From: Acidobacteriota bacterium
GTDB taxonomy: Bacteria; Acidobacteriota; UBA6911; JACQSX01; JBPCNK01
DNA length: 49,750 nt
Assembly (NCBI GenBank): GCA_051001345.1
Contig: JBPCNK010000093.1
Span: 1 to 49,750 of the forward strand
Direction of reading: 5' to 3'
The notes beneath the pieces were generated by a model that made no database searches, was not told the DNA's origin, and saw nothing but the letters and a program-made list of their open reading frames with translations. This document shows positions 30,271 through 39,285 of the stretch, piece by piece (the first letter of the stretch is position 1; the number at the start of each line of letters is the position of its first letter). The position numbers were made by a program, and so were the translations under genes.

Positions 30271-33200
30271 ATGATCTGGGTTCAGCCGGAAAAACCCCTT
30301 TTCGCAATGTCGGCATTGATTGCCCGCTCGCTTACGCGCGCGGCCCTGTGTTGGGAGGCCCTGTGTCGGAGGGCTCTGTGTTTGGTGGCCCTGTGTTGGG
30401 TGGCGCTGTTTTGTTTGCCGCTTATGGCCGCCGAGGCGGCCGGCGAAGAAATCCTGATGATCCATCTTTCAGGCAGCGCCAAGCTTTCGCTTGAAGGGGG
30501 AATGATTTCACCGGGACGCTACCGCGCTGTCTCGCATCCTCCCGCCGAGCAGAGTTTTCAACTGGAATTGCTCGACGATTCGGGCTCGGTTCTCACGTCT
30601 CAGCACGTGCCCGACTCGCGCCAGGTTTTTGCCGAAATGGCCGCGGCCGGACAAACTCATGTGCTGCCGGCGGCCGACGGCCGCAGCTTCTCGCTTCGAC
30701 TGCCCTGGATTTCAGACGCGCGCCGTTTGCGCGTGCGCGACGGCGCGGGAACGCTGCTTTTAGATGTGCCGCTTTCCGATCTTTTTGTCCGCCGCGCCCG
30801 CGACCGTTACAAGGAGGTTCTGGCCGAAATCTCCGGGCAGGAAAAACTGGTGCGGCGATCGATTCAGCAGGCGCCCGCGCGGATCGAGAACTCCGTCGAG
30901 ATTCCCGAACTCTATGAGCTCGAAGCGCGCGACCGCAGCGCCCGGGACCTTGAGACCGCGCGCTTGCCGGCCAGCCGCGCAGTCGCGCCTGCCGACAGCG
31001 GTCCGTCCTATGTAACCGTATCGGTGCGTGTCCTCGATGTGTCCGGTCAACCGGTCACCAAGGCGGGCGTCGTTCTTTTGGATGCCTCGACCGGTTTAGC
31101 GCTGGGAGGCGCCGATACCAACACCGAGGGCAGAGCGAATTTGAATATCGCCGACGTCAAAGCGCGCCTATACGTCTTCCCGCCCTTTATTTTGGCTGGC
31201 GTTCTGCCCACGTACGCGCGCAAGATCGTCGAGATCGATTTGAAGACCTCCCCGAATCTGGATATTACTCTCGAGCCGGGAGTCCTGGTCACAGGACAGG
31301 TCACCCGCGCCGAAGCCGTTCCGGGCAGCAACTTCTCCGTGACGGCCGTGGATGCCTCGACCAATCAGTCGATTGAGTACGCACGGACCGATGCGAATGG
31401 ATTTTTCCGGTTGCGGGTTCCGCCGGGCCAGTATCGCTTCTACGTCGGCCCGCGTCCCGGCTTCGGCCTGCTGGTGTCCGACGCGCGAGACATCGGCGGC
31501 GATCAGGTCCAGGCCGACTTCCGGGTCGCTGTCGAAACGATGACCGAGCTGCGCGGCAAAGTGGTTGCGCCAGGCGGCCAGCCGATCGCCGGCGGCCGCG
31601 TCGTAGTCTTCGATAAGGCCGCCAATACGTTTGCGTCGCTCACAACCGCAACGGACGGTTCGTTCTCAGGAACCGCACCGCAAGACGGCTTCGTCTTCGT
31701 CTATCCCAACTCGTCTACGGCGTTTCAGAGCGTCACCCGCAACGTTTCGCAGCTGGCGGTGGGCCAGGACATCGTTCTTCCCAAGCTGCCGGAGATCCAA
31801 ACGCCCGATCCGAGTAAACCGCTGGTAGGACTTGTCTACGGAGACGCCAGCGATTCGACACGCTTGAACATGGTGCTCATCGGAGACGGCTACACCGATT
31901 TGAAGGAAGACTTTACCGACAGCAACAGCAACGGCCGCTGGGACGGCGACGTGTATCTCGACGAGAACAAGAACGGCAGTTATGACTCGGGCGAACAGTT
32001 TTTCAATCGGGATGGGGTCAGCGGCTACCAGCCGCCCGAACCCTTTGTGGACACCAACGGCGACGGCTACCGTAATAACAACGAGCAGGCGCTATTTGAT
32101 CGCAATCTTCTGGACTATGTCCGCGTGCTGCTCGGGACCTCCCCGTGGCCCGATTTGCTGTCGCGGATTAATTTCTGGCGCATTCGAACGGTGTCGCCTC
32201 AGACGGCTGGTAATTTTGCGGAGTTTGAGATTACGCGCGACACGGCGCTGAGGACCAGCTACGGTCCGAAGGCTACGGGATTTATTATTTCCGTCAGCAG
32301 CGCAGTCGTTAATCCTATCGTGCAAGTTCTAATTCCGGAATTCGATCACGTGATGATCGTCTCCAATTCGCCGCTGAGTGTCGGGCGCGCCAACGCAAAT
32401 TTCGGCGGAAACCTTCGGCTGAAGGGCGGCGATTTCGACAATCTTTCGACCGTCGCCACGCACGAGCTGGGTCACGTCGTCGGTTTTCTGGCCGACGAGT
32501 ACAGCGATTCGACGATCATCGACACGGCCTACATCTATAAGTTCGTGGAATCGACCCGTCCCAATATCTCGACCTCTCCGTTTGCGAACCTGACAAAATG
32601 GGCCGCAGAGTTGGATGGGACGCCGCCCTATCCAACGCCGCCGGACCTGGGCGGAGTTGGGATATTCGAGGGGGGCAATACCAATTATCGCGGGATGTAT
32701 CGCCCTGAATACAACTGCATGATGCGGCATAACACGCCGCGCTTTTGTGTGGTCTGCAACCGCGAAATGCGCGCCCGGATCATCGCCCGCTCCAGCACCG
32801 ACGCGCTGGTCTTTCCACTGCTGGCGTTCAACGACAATGCCGTTGCCGGAGAGCGGCTGTTGACGGCTTTCAGCGCGGTCAACCCGGATCCGGCCAGGCA
32901 CCTGGCGCTCGGTTATACCGCATACAACACCCTGGGAAAACTGTTGCTGGGCCGGACTGTGATCAATCCGGCGCTGCGGGAACTCGGTCCGTTGCGGCAG
33001 GAAGCGGCCCTGGACCGGGAAATCTTCGGTTTTACCACGCCGCAGTCGGGTTGGGTCGAGGCGGCCAGCAACGGGCCGGGCAAAGGCTTTTATCTGATTG
33101 CCGACTCGAGTTTCTCCGAAAAGGTCGATGGGGCCGCGGCCAATCCAGAGGCCGCAAGCGATTTGGCGATTCCGTTTGTTCCATCCGGCCAGAACACGAA

Positions 33201-34161
33201 GTTCTTTTTTTCTGTCGTCAACCCCGACACGCGTTCCTCGGGAGTGATCATCACCTACTTCAATGCGACCGGGGGGACGGTGGGAACGCAGACGACCACG
33301 ATTCTGTCTAAAGGCCAACTCTATCTGACGCCGCCGACGGGAACCGCCTGGATTCGCGCTCGCTCGACAACCAATCCGCCCGTAGCGCTGCGGGCCGCGG
33401 CATTCCACTATGATGCCACGACGCTGGCCGTGCAGTCGGGAGCGGCTCTGAACAAGCCGGTAGACTCGCTGATTTTTCCGCACTACGCCGTCGGCGGCGG
33501 ATATGAGACCCGCCTGGTGATTTCCAGCCTCAGCAACGCCGTATTTCACCTGGAGGCGCGTCGCAGCGATGGGTCGTTGGCTGGGGCTGCTAAAACTCAG
33601 ACCTTCCAGCCGGGACAGCAGCTTTCTGTTTCCGTGCGAGACTTCTTTGGTCTGGATCCTGGCTCCGGAATCGACGTCGGATATATCGTCGCCACCAACC
33701 CGACGGCCGGACCTATCGCGCTGCAAGGAGTGGCCGGGCTGACGTACTTTACGTACGGGCAGTCGGCGGTTGCCGATTCCGCTGCGGTCTCACAGGCCGA
33801 GACCACTCCCAAGACGACGCTGACTTTTTCACATGTAGCCAACGATGTGCCGGCCGGCGGCGGCCGCACGTTTCTGACCGGCATCACGCTGGTCAATTCG
33901 GGATCAGCCGACGCGCGCTTCAAGATCAGGTACTTCCGCAAGAACGGCGAGGCGACGCAATTCGTGCGAGACATGGTTCTGCCGGCCGGTCAGAAGATTT
34001 CTCGATTGCTTAGCGGCGATTCGTCCAGCAGCGCTTTCTTTGAAGGTTCGCTCTCGGCCGGCGAAGGGTACCTCGTCGTCACGTCCGATCAGCCGCTGTT
34101 TGGATTCGAGTTGTTTTTTACAAATGATCTGAAGCTATTGGCGTCAGTGCCTGCCCAGTAG
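30271..34161 (+). CDS. Large secreted peptidase M64 (IgA peptidase-like) protein with carboxypeptidase-regulatory-like and C-terminal beta-rich domains
   Basis: LIGDGYT, HELGHVVGFLADEY, GIFEGG, YRP..NCMMR....FCVVC; DxNxNGxxD Ca-binding-like loops; exact start uncertain. Confidence 0.82.
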   Translation: MIWVQPEKPLFAMSALIARSLTRAALCWEALCRRALCLVALCWVALFCLPLMAAEAAGEEILMIHLSGSAKLSLEGGMISPGRYRAVSHPPAEQSFQLELLDDSGSVLTSQHVPDSRQVFAEMAAAGQTHVLPAADGRSFSLRLPWISDARRLRVRDGAGTLLLDVPLSDLFVRRARDRYKEVLAEISGQEKLVRRSIQQAPARIENSVEIPELYELEARDRSARDLETARLPASRAVAPADSGPSYVTVSVRVLDVSGQPVTKAGVVLLDASTGLALGGADTNTEGRANLNIADVKARLYVFPPFILAGVLPTYARKIVEIDLKTSPNLDITLEPGVLVTGQVTRAEAVPGSNFSVTAVDASTNQSIEYARTDANGFFRLRVPPGQYRFYVGPRPGFGLLVSDARDIGGDQVQADFRVAVETMTELRGKVVAPGGQPIAGGRVVVFDKAANTFASLTTATDGSFSGTAPQDGFVFVYPNSSTAFQSVTRNVSQLAVGQDIVLPKLPEIQTPDPSKPLVGLVYGDASDSTRLNMVLIGDGYTDLKEDFTDSNSNGRWDGDVYLDENKNGSYDSGEQFFNRDGVSGYQPPEPFVDTNGDGYRNNNEQALFDRNLLDYVRVLLGTSPWPDLLSRINFWRIRTVSPQTAGNFAEFEITRDTALRTSYGPKATGFIISVSSAVVNPIVQVLIPEFDHVMIVSNSPLSVGRANANFGGNLRLKGGDFDNLSTVATHELGHVVGFLADEYSDSTIIDTAYIYKFVESTRPNISTSPFANLTKWAAELDGTPPYPTPPDLGGVGIFEGGNTNYRGMYRPEYNCMMRHNTPRFCVVCNREMRARIIARSSTDALVFPLLAFNDNAVAGERLLTAFSAVNPDPARHLALGYTAYNTLGKLLLGRTVINPALRELGPLRQEAALDREIFGFTTPQSGWVEAASNGPGKGFYLIADSSFSEKVDGAAANPEAASDLAIPFVPSGQNTKFFFSVVNPDTRSSGVIITYFNATGGTVGTQTTTILSKGQLYLTPPTGTAWIRARSTTNPPVALRAAAFHYDATTLAVQSGAALNKPVDSLIFPHYAVGGGYETRLVISSLSNAVFHLEARRSDGSLAGAAKTQTFQPGQQLSVSVRDFFGLDPGSGIDVGYIVATNPTAGPIALQGVAGLTYFTYGQSAVADSAAVSQAETTPKTTLTFSHVANDVPAGGGRTFLTGITLVNSGSADARFKIRYFRKNGEATQFVRDMVLPAGQKISRLLSGDSSSSAFFEGSLSAGEGYLVVTSDQPLFGFELFFTNDLKLLASVPAQ

Positions 34162-34266
34162 GCAGTGGCCAGTGGCCAGTGGTCAGTGGCCAGCAACAAC
34201 CGGCGATAATTTTCGTACTTTTTTGCGAAGGAAACGCTGACCACTGGCCACTGACCACTGCCCACT
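34162..34266. terminator. Hairpin formed by CAGTGGC/GCCACTG heptamer arms between convergent genes
   Basis: Four units per arm, abutting both stop codons. Confidence 0.6.
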
Positions 34267-35434
34267 AGGCTAACAACAGTCGAATTTCACGGCATGCCTG
34301 TCTAATGCGCTGCTGATTTTCTACCAGCGCGAACCGCACAAATCCCTCCCCTCCCTCGCCAAAGCCGACGCCTGGTGACACGGCCACGTGCGCGCGCTCG
34401 AGAAGCAACCGAGTGAAGGCAAGCGATCCCATTTTCAGAAAGCGCTCGGGCAACGCTGCCCAGGCGAAAATGGTTCCTTCCGGCGGCACAATCGGCCAGC
34501 CGGCCCGATGCAGGCCGGTCACCAAAACGTCGCGGCGCTTACGGTAGACCTCCAGGGTCTCGGCCACATAGCGGTCGCACTCACGCAGCGCGATCGTGGC
34601 GGCAATCTGCACGGGCTGAAACATGCCGTAATCGAGATAGCTTTTGATCCGGCGCAACCTGGAAACCACCTCACGGTTGCCCGAACAGAAGCCTACGCGC
34701 CAGCCGGCCATGCTGTAGCCCTTCGAAAGGGAATAGAACTCGACGCCGACGTCCATGGCGCCGCCAGTTGCAAGAAAACTCGGAGCGGCGTTGTCGCCGT
34801 AGACCAGGTCGGCGTAAGCGAAATCGTGGATGACGATGAGATCTTCCGCTTTGGCCAGCGCCACGATCTGATCGAACAAACCGGGAGGAACACAGCGCGA
34901 AGTGGGATTGTTCGGAAATGAAAACACCAGAAGTCGTGGCCGCGGTTTCGTCGCCGCCAGGGCCTGTCGAATGCGATCGGCAAAATCCGTCAGATCGCCC
35001 ATGGGCACCGCCGCCGGCTTGCCGCGCGCCAGGATGATGCCATAGTGGTGAATCGGATAACACGGGCTGGCGACCAGCACCGGCTCGCCCGGTTCGATGA
35101 GCGCCATCAGCAGGTGAGCGAAGCCTTCCTTGGCCCCCAGGCACACGACGACCTGGTCCTCCGGATCCAGCGTGACGCCTTGTTTGCGCCGGTACCACAG
35201 CGCCATCTCGTTGCGCAGCGAGCGAATCCCGCGAGACATCGAGTAGCGGTGATTTTTCCGGTTTCGCACCGCTTGGCGGAGCTTATCGACGACTTCTTGA
35301 GGAGACGGCAGATCGGGATTGCCCATGCCGAGGTCGACAATATCGTCGCCGCGACGGCGGGCCTCCATCTTGAGCAGATTGACTTCTTCAAAGACATATT
35401 TGGGCAGGGTGTCGACCAGGGAGTGGATTTTCAT
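34265..35434 (-). CDS. alaC: PLP-dependent class I/II aminotransferase (AlaC/LL-DAP aminotransferase-like)
   Basis: DLGMGNPD, HRYSMSRGI, FPNNPT, HDFAY, SLSKGYSMAGWRVG, KSYLDYGMF. Confidence 0.8.
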   Translation of the reverse strand: MKIHSLVDTLPKYVFEEVNLLKMEARRRGDDIVDLGMGNPDLPSPQEVVDKLRQAVRNRKNHRYSMSRGIRSLRNEMALWYRRKQGVTLDPEDQVVVCLGAKEGFAHLLMALIEPGEPVLVASPCYPIHHYGIILARGKPAAVPMGDLTDFADRIRQALAATKPRPRLLVFSFPNNPTSRCVPPGLFDQIVALAKAEDLIVIHDFAYADLVYGDNAAPSFLATGGAMDVGVEFYSLSKGYSMAGWRVGFCSGNREVVSRLRRIKSYLDYGMFQPVQIAATIALRECDRYVAETLEVYRKRRDVLVTGLHRAGWPIVPPEGTIFAWAALPERFLKMGSLAFTRLLLERAHVAVSPGVGFGEGGEGFVRFALVENQQRIRQACREIRLLLA

Positions 35435-35469
35435 CGGAATGGGTTTCCGTCATTCATGATAGCAGCTAG

Positions 35470-35685
35470 CTCGAATTATTCACGAATCACCACAGACACA
35501 GAGGACACAGAGGGACACAGAGAAAAACAAAAGCTTTTGGGTATCTTATGATCGCGATCCTTCTCCGACAGCTAGGCTGTCGTGGCTTTGTAGAACTTGG
35601 TTGTTGCTATGCGCGTAAGCCCTCCCCTCTAAGCCTCTGTGTCCCTCTGTGTCTCTGTGGTGAATGAACTTGTGAATAATTTGGG
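35470..35685. mobile_element. Element with the same CTCGAATTATTCAC...GTGAATAATTTGGG termini but CACAGAG-type arms
   Basis: CACCACAGACACAGAGGACACAGAGGGACACAGAG / CTCTGTGTCCCTCTGTGTCTCTGTGGTG. Confidence 0.82.
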
Positions 35686-35689
35686 CTAA

Positions 35690-35809
35690 GGGTTAGGGGT
35701 TAGGTGATTACGAATTACGAGTTACGAATTACAAGGCGGTTGAACTCAATCCGCAATCCGCAATCCGCAATTGCCTAACCCCTAACCCCCGACCCCTAAC
35801 TAACCCCTG
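35690..35809. repeat. Nested heptamer arrays (GGGTTAG/CTAACCC arms around TTACGAR and AATCCGC)
   Basis: Directly visible tandem units. Confidence 0.85.
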
Positions 35810-35812
35810 CTT

Positions 35813-37066
35813 TTAAAACACATACGAAAACTTCATAAACAACGTATCGCCTTCGTCGGAGCGCTGCCCGAAGGCCGCCGTGCCGCGCTGGTAGGCCAAC
35901 TGAACCGTACCGAAAGGAGGCTTGTAGCGCCACACGAACACCGCCTGAAGGTTCTTGCGATCGATGACGGAGTTGGTCTGATAAAAAACCTTCAAGAAGA
36001 GATCCTTGGTGAAATTGTGGACTCCCCGGAAGACATGAATGACAGTCGACGACGGTTCGGGATCGGGATCCAGCCAGAGACGTTCGAGTTCATACTCGAC
36101 GGAGAAATCGTCGCTGATTTTTCGTCGCAGAACAGCTCCCAGCAGCCGGAAATCCGAGTCGAAGTTATGCCCGAACTCGTATTTGACAGCCACCGACTGC
36201 CACTGTCGCGTGTTGTATCCCAGTTGGACCTCGCTGCTGTGATTCCGGAATTTCTTCTCGAACAATTGATACCCGCTGGTATGGTCCAGTTCGATCGACC
36301 AGCGGTTCCGGAGGTCGAATTCGACGCTTTGATCGATCTGCCAGCTGCGCAGGACATTCTTCTGGCTCCAATAGGCGTTGTAATTGGAATCGTAGCCGAC
36401 GCGCTCGACCGGCCCCTTTTGAAAAAAGAGACGCTTTTCGACCGCGCTGTCCAATTCCTTGCGGTCGTCGTCGCGGACAAAACCGATGGCGTTGACGTGA
36501 TCGCCGAAACGGTCGCCCAGGTGGGAGTAGCGGAAATGTACGTGACTGGAGTTGGTGTCACGCGCGGGCCACTGTCACGGGAAACCGCAATCGGGTCAGA
36601 CTGCGCTGTCAGCAGCGAATACTGCCAGCCGCCGCGGCGGCCGAGCAGCTTGCCGCCAAAGCGAATGTCGGCGATTCGGCGGGAGTAAAAAGTCTGGATG
36701 CGCTGGCGGTACTGCTCGGAGCCTTCCAGGAAGAACTGCCGCTTCTCGGGCAAGCTCACCTCAAAACGCGTCAGGTTCACTTCTTCCTGGTCGGCCTCGA
36801 TTGTGGCAAAGTCGGGATTGAGCGTGAAGCTGGCGACGTTCTCCGGATTGATGGCGTAGCGGGCGTCCAAGCCGGCCTGGACCTCTGCGTCGCTGTCTTG
36901 GGCGAAGCGCCCGAGAACGTACGGAATCACTTCGGATTTGCGCTGAGCCGATTCCAGGTCCAGTCCTGTCAACGACCCGTACTGAGAAATTCGAAAACGC
37001 TCCTCGAGCGGTCCGGCCCAGAAGCTGGTCTCCAGCAGCCGCCGCGTCGTACGGCCGACGTTGAGC
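35813..37066 (-). pseudogene. Degraded DUF5916-type outer-membrane protein gene
   Basis: TLNPDFATIEAD, EKRQFFLEG, FYSRRI in one frame; beta-barrel C-terminus ending KFSYVF in another; N-terminus missing; frame break near 36545-36565. Confidence 0.75.
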
Positions 37067-37190
37067 GGTGACCATCGAGTTCTTGCTCCGTGTGCCACTA
37101 CCACCGCTCTCTGCGTTCGTGGCACTGACGTGACACGACACTTCGGCGGTGTCGATTTCCTCCTGCAGTAGTAAAATAGAAAATCCGCGC

Positions 37191-37280
37191 GGAGGAGTGG
37201 GTGAGCGGCTGAAACCGGCGGTCTTGAAAACCGCTGTACCCGTAAGGGTACCGTGGGTTCGAATCCTACCTCCTCCGCCA
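37191..37280 (+). tRNA. tRNA-Ser (anticodon UGA)
   Basis: GGAGGAG acceptor, GCGGT-CTTGAAA-ACCGC anticodon arm, long variable arm, GGTTCGAATCC, 3' GCCA. Confidence 0.97.
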
Positions 37281-37330
37281 TTCAAGGGGCAGGTGACAAG
37301 GGGCAGGAATACAAGTGAATCAAGGAAAAT

Positions 37331-37515
37331 ATGAAATTTGTGATCACGTATTCCAAGATGAGGATGGGGTGTTTATCGCCGAATGTCCCAGGGCAGGACC
37401 GAACAGGATGCGGAAAAGAATATTCAAGAGGCCATCAAGGAGTGCTTGGAGGTGCGAGCTTAAAAAGGGCATGCCGCTGACGGTGGCCACTCGCGAAGTG
37501 GAAGTCAAAGTTTAG
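37331..37515 (+). pseudogene. hicB: HicB antitoxin pseudogene (frameshifts, internal deletion); following HicA apparently reduced to a stub
   Basis: Pieces MKFVIT / FQDEDGVFIAECP / QGRTEQDAEKNIQEAIKECLEVRA / GMPLTVATREVEV in different frames. Confidence 0.75.
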
Positions 37516-37604
37516 TGCCGCCTGTTTCTGGAAGCATTACACCAGTGATTCAGTCTGGCACTGACCGGAAATATCCTCTCGTTTTCAACCAAAGGAGAAT
37601 TCAC

Positions 37605-37961
37605 GTGCGATATGTAGATGGATATGTTTTGCCCGTCCCGAAGAAAAAATTGCAGGAATACCGCCGCATCGCGGAGAAGGCAGGCAAAGTTTGGCGGAAG
37701 CACGGCGCCCTGGAGTTCCGGGAATGCGTTGGCGACGACCTCAATGTGAAGATGGGAGTTCCGTTCCCGCGCATGGTCAAGCTCAAGCGCGGGGAGACCG
37801 TGATTTTCTCGTTTATCGTATTCAAGTCGCGCGCGCATCGCGACAGCGTCAACGCCAAGGTGATGAAGGATCCGGCAATGGCCGACATGATGGAAATGCC
37901 GATGCCCTTCGACGACAAGCGCATGGTCTACGGCGGTTTCAAGATTCTGGTCGACGCTTAG
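37605..37961 (+). CDS. DUF1428 (YbaA-like) protein
   Basis: YVDGYVLPVP, GALEFRECVGDD, MPFDDKRMVYGGF; AAGGAG RBS before GTG. Confidence 0.92.
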   Translation: MRYVDGYVLPVPKKKLQEYRRIAEKAGKVWRKHGALEFRECVGDDLNVKMGVPFPRMVKLKRGETVIFSFIVFKSRAHRDSVNAKVMKDPAMADMMEMPMPFDDKRMVYGGFKILVDA

Positions 37962-37963
37962 GG

Positions 37964-38093
37964 GCAGGCTCCAGGCTCAAGGGAATTGCGGATTGCGAAT
38001 TGCGGATTGGGGATTGATTGTGATTGAACGACACCGCAACGTCTTTCCAATTCGCAATTGCCTGGGGCCTGAAGCCTGAAGCCTGGAGCCTGC
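37964..38093. repeat. Composite heptamer hairpin element; inverted copy at 38796-38912, further copy at 41250-41365
   Basis: CAGGCT(T/C) arms around ATTGCGG/CCGCAAT with shared loop GGAAAG...GCGGTGTCG. Confidence 0.85.
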
Positions 38094-38121
38094 GTTCTGA
38101 CACATATCTAAGGAGGAACCT

Positions 38122-38796
38122 ATGAAGGCTTATCGTTGGGCGATTGCCTCGGCAACGTTGGTGCTGTTGCAGGGGACAGGTCTGGCCCAGGACCCCGTCA
38201 AGGTCGCAGCCACGCAGTACAAAGTTGTTGCCGAAGACTCCACCGTACGCGTGCTGGAGGCAACGCTGGCCCCGGGCGCCAAAACGGCCATGCATACTCA
38301 TCCTTATCTTGTCGCCGTGATGCTCGAAGCGGGTTCAGTACGCTGGACGATGAAGGACGGCAGTGTTGTCAACTCCCAACCGGGCGAGAAACGGGGCACG
38401 GTCCTTGCCATGGATGCGCAGTCGCATGCGGCTGAGAATACCGGGAAAACGACGGCGCGGGTCATCCTCGTGGAATTCAAAAAACCAGCTCCGGCCGCAG
38501 GCAAGGCCCGCAATCCGACGATGCCGTCGCCCTTCAAGACGGTTGCCGACACCCCGTACGCCCGTGTCTTCGAAGGGGAAGTGGCGCCGGGCCAAAGTAC
38601 GCCGCAACACACGCATTTCAGTGACCATATGCTTCTCTCGCTCAATGACGGCACCGCCGAAGCCGTCGGCGCCGATGGCCAAAAGCAGATCCTTGTCATG
38701 AAGAAGGACACTCCAGTGTTGGCAAAAGCGGGCTCCCACCGGACCACTAACACCGGCAAGACCGCGACAAGGGTCGTGATTGTTGAACCTAAGTAG
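38122..38796 (+). CDS. Secreted bi-cupin protein
   Basis: Signal peptide; two PG..T..HTH ... H...NTG.....VI.VE.K cupin repeats; AGGAGG RBS. Confidence 0.85.
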   Translation: MKAYRWAIASATLVLLQGTGLAQDPVKVAATQYKVVAEDSTVRVLEATLAPGAKTAMHTHPYLVAVMLEAGSVRWTMKDGSVVNSQPGEKRGTVLAMDAQSHAAENTGKTTARVILVEFKKPAPAAGKARNPTMPSPFKTVADTPYARVFEGEVAPGQSTPQHTHFSDHMLLSLNDGTAEAVGADGQKQILVMKKDTPVLAKAGSHRTTNTGKTATRVVIVEPK

Positions 38797-38912
38797 CAGG
38801 GGTCGGGCTTCAGGCGTCAGGCTCCAGGGAATTGCGGATTGGAAAGGCACTGCGGTGTCGCTCAATCCGCGATCAATCCGCAATCCGCAATTGTTTGGAG
38901 CCTGAAGCCTGC
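38796..38912. repeat. Inverted copy of 37964-38093
   Basis: Reverse-complement similarity across arms and loop. Confidence 0.85.
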
Positions 38913-38927
38913 TATGGAGTAATCAAC

Positions 38928-39020
38928 ATGCCCAGGGTTATCCATTTTGAAATCCACGCCGAGAATCCCGAACGCGCCATTGCGTTTTACAAGAAGGCTT
39001 TCAACTGGGAGTTTACAAAA
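38928..39020 (+). pseudogene. VOC/glyoxalase gene truncated after ~31 codons by a repeat element
   Basis: MPRVIHFEIHAENPERAIAFYKKAFNWEFTK, then element sequence. Confidence 0.8.
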
Positions 39021-39262
39021 ATAAAGAGCCTAGTCACGAATTACACGAATGATACGAATTACACGAAAAAAGCTTTGCCGTTCAGCTGCTTGGCTCAAAA
39101 CCGGGATCCCGTCTGAATCAGTGTTCGTGATAATTCGTTAAATTCGTGAAATTCGTGACTAGGTTTTGCATTTTGTGAATAATCCTACGAATTACGAGTT
39201 TACGAATTACAAGGCTAAATCCGCAATCCCCTGGAGCCTGAGGCCTGGAGCCTGAAGCCTGA
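39012..39262. mobile_element. Nonamer-arm element (39012-39185; same subfamily as 13851/17117/18465) followed by heptamer arrays
   Basis: CTAGTCACGAATTACACGAAT...ATTCGTGACTAGGTTTTGCATTTTGTGAATAATCC. Confidence 0.85.
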
Positions 39263-39285
39263 GAGAAACCAGCTACAATTAAGGT

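Noticed and set aside
35690-35809. Telomere-like TTAGGGG repeats
   Set aside because: Only 2-4 units, internal, and one of many heptamer types
35992-37281. 429-aa ORF beginning MAEEVGFEPT
   Set aside because: Its start is the antisense of the tRNA; only the middle part is DUF5916 pseudogene sequence
1714-39185. CRISPR array interpretation of the CACGAAT repeats
   Set aside because: Units are 9-bp tandem or inverted arms dispersed between genes, with no constant repeat-spacer period and no cas genes
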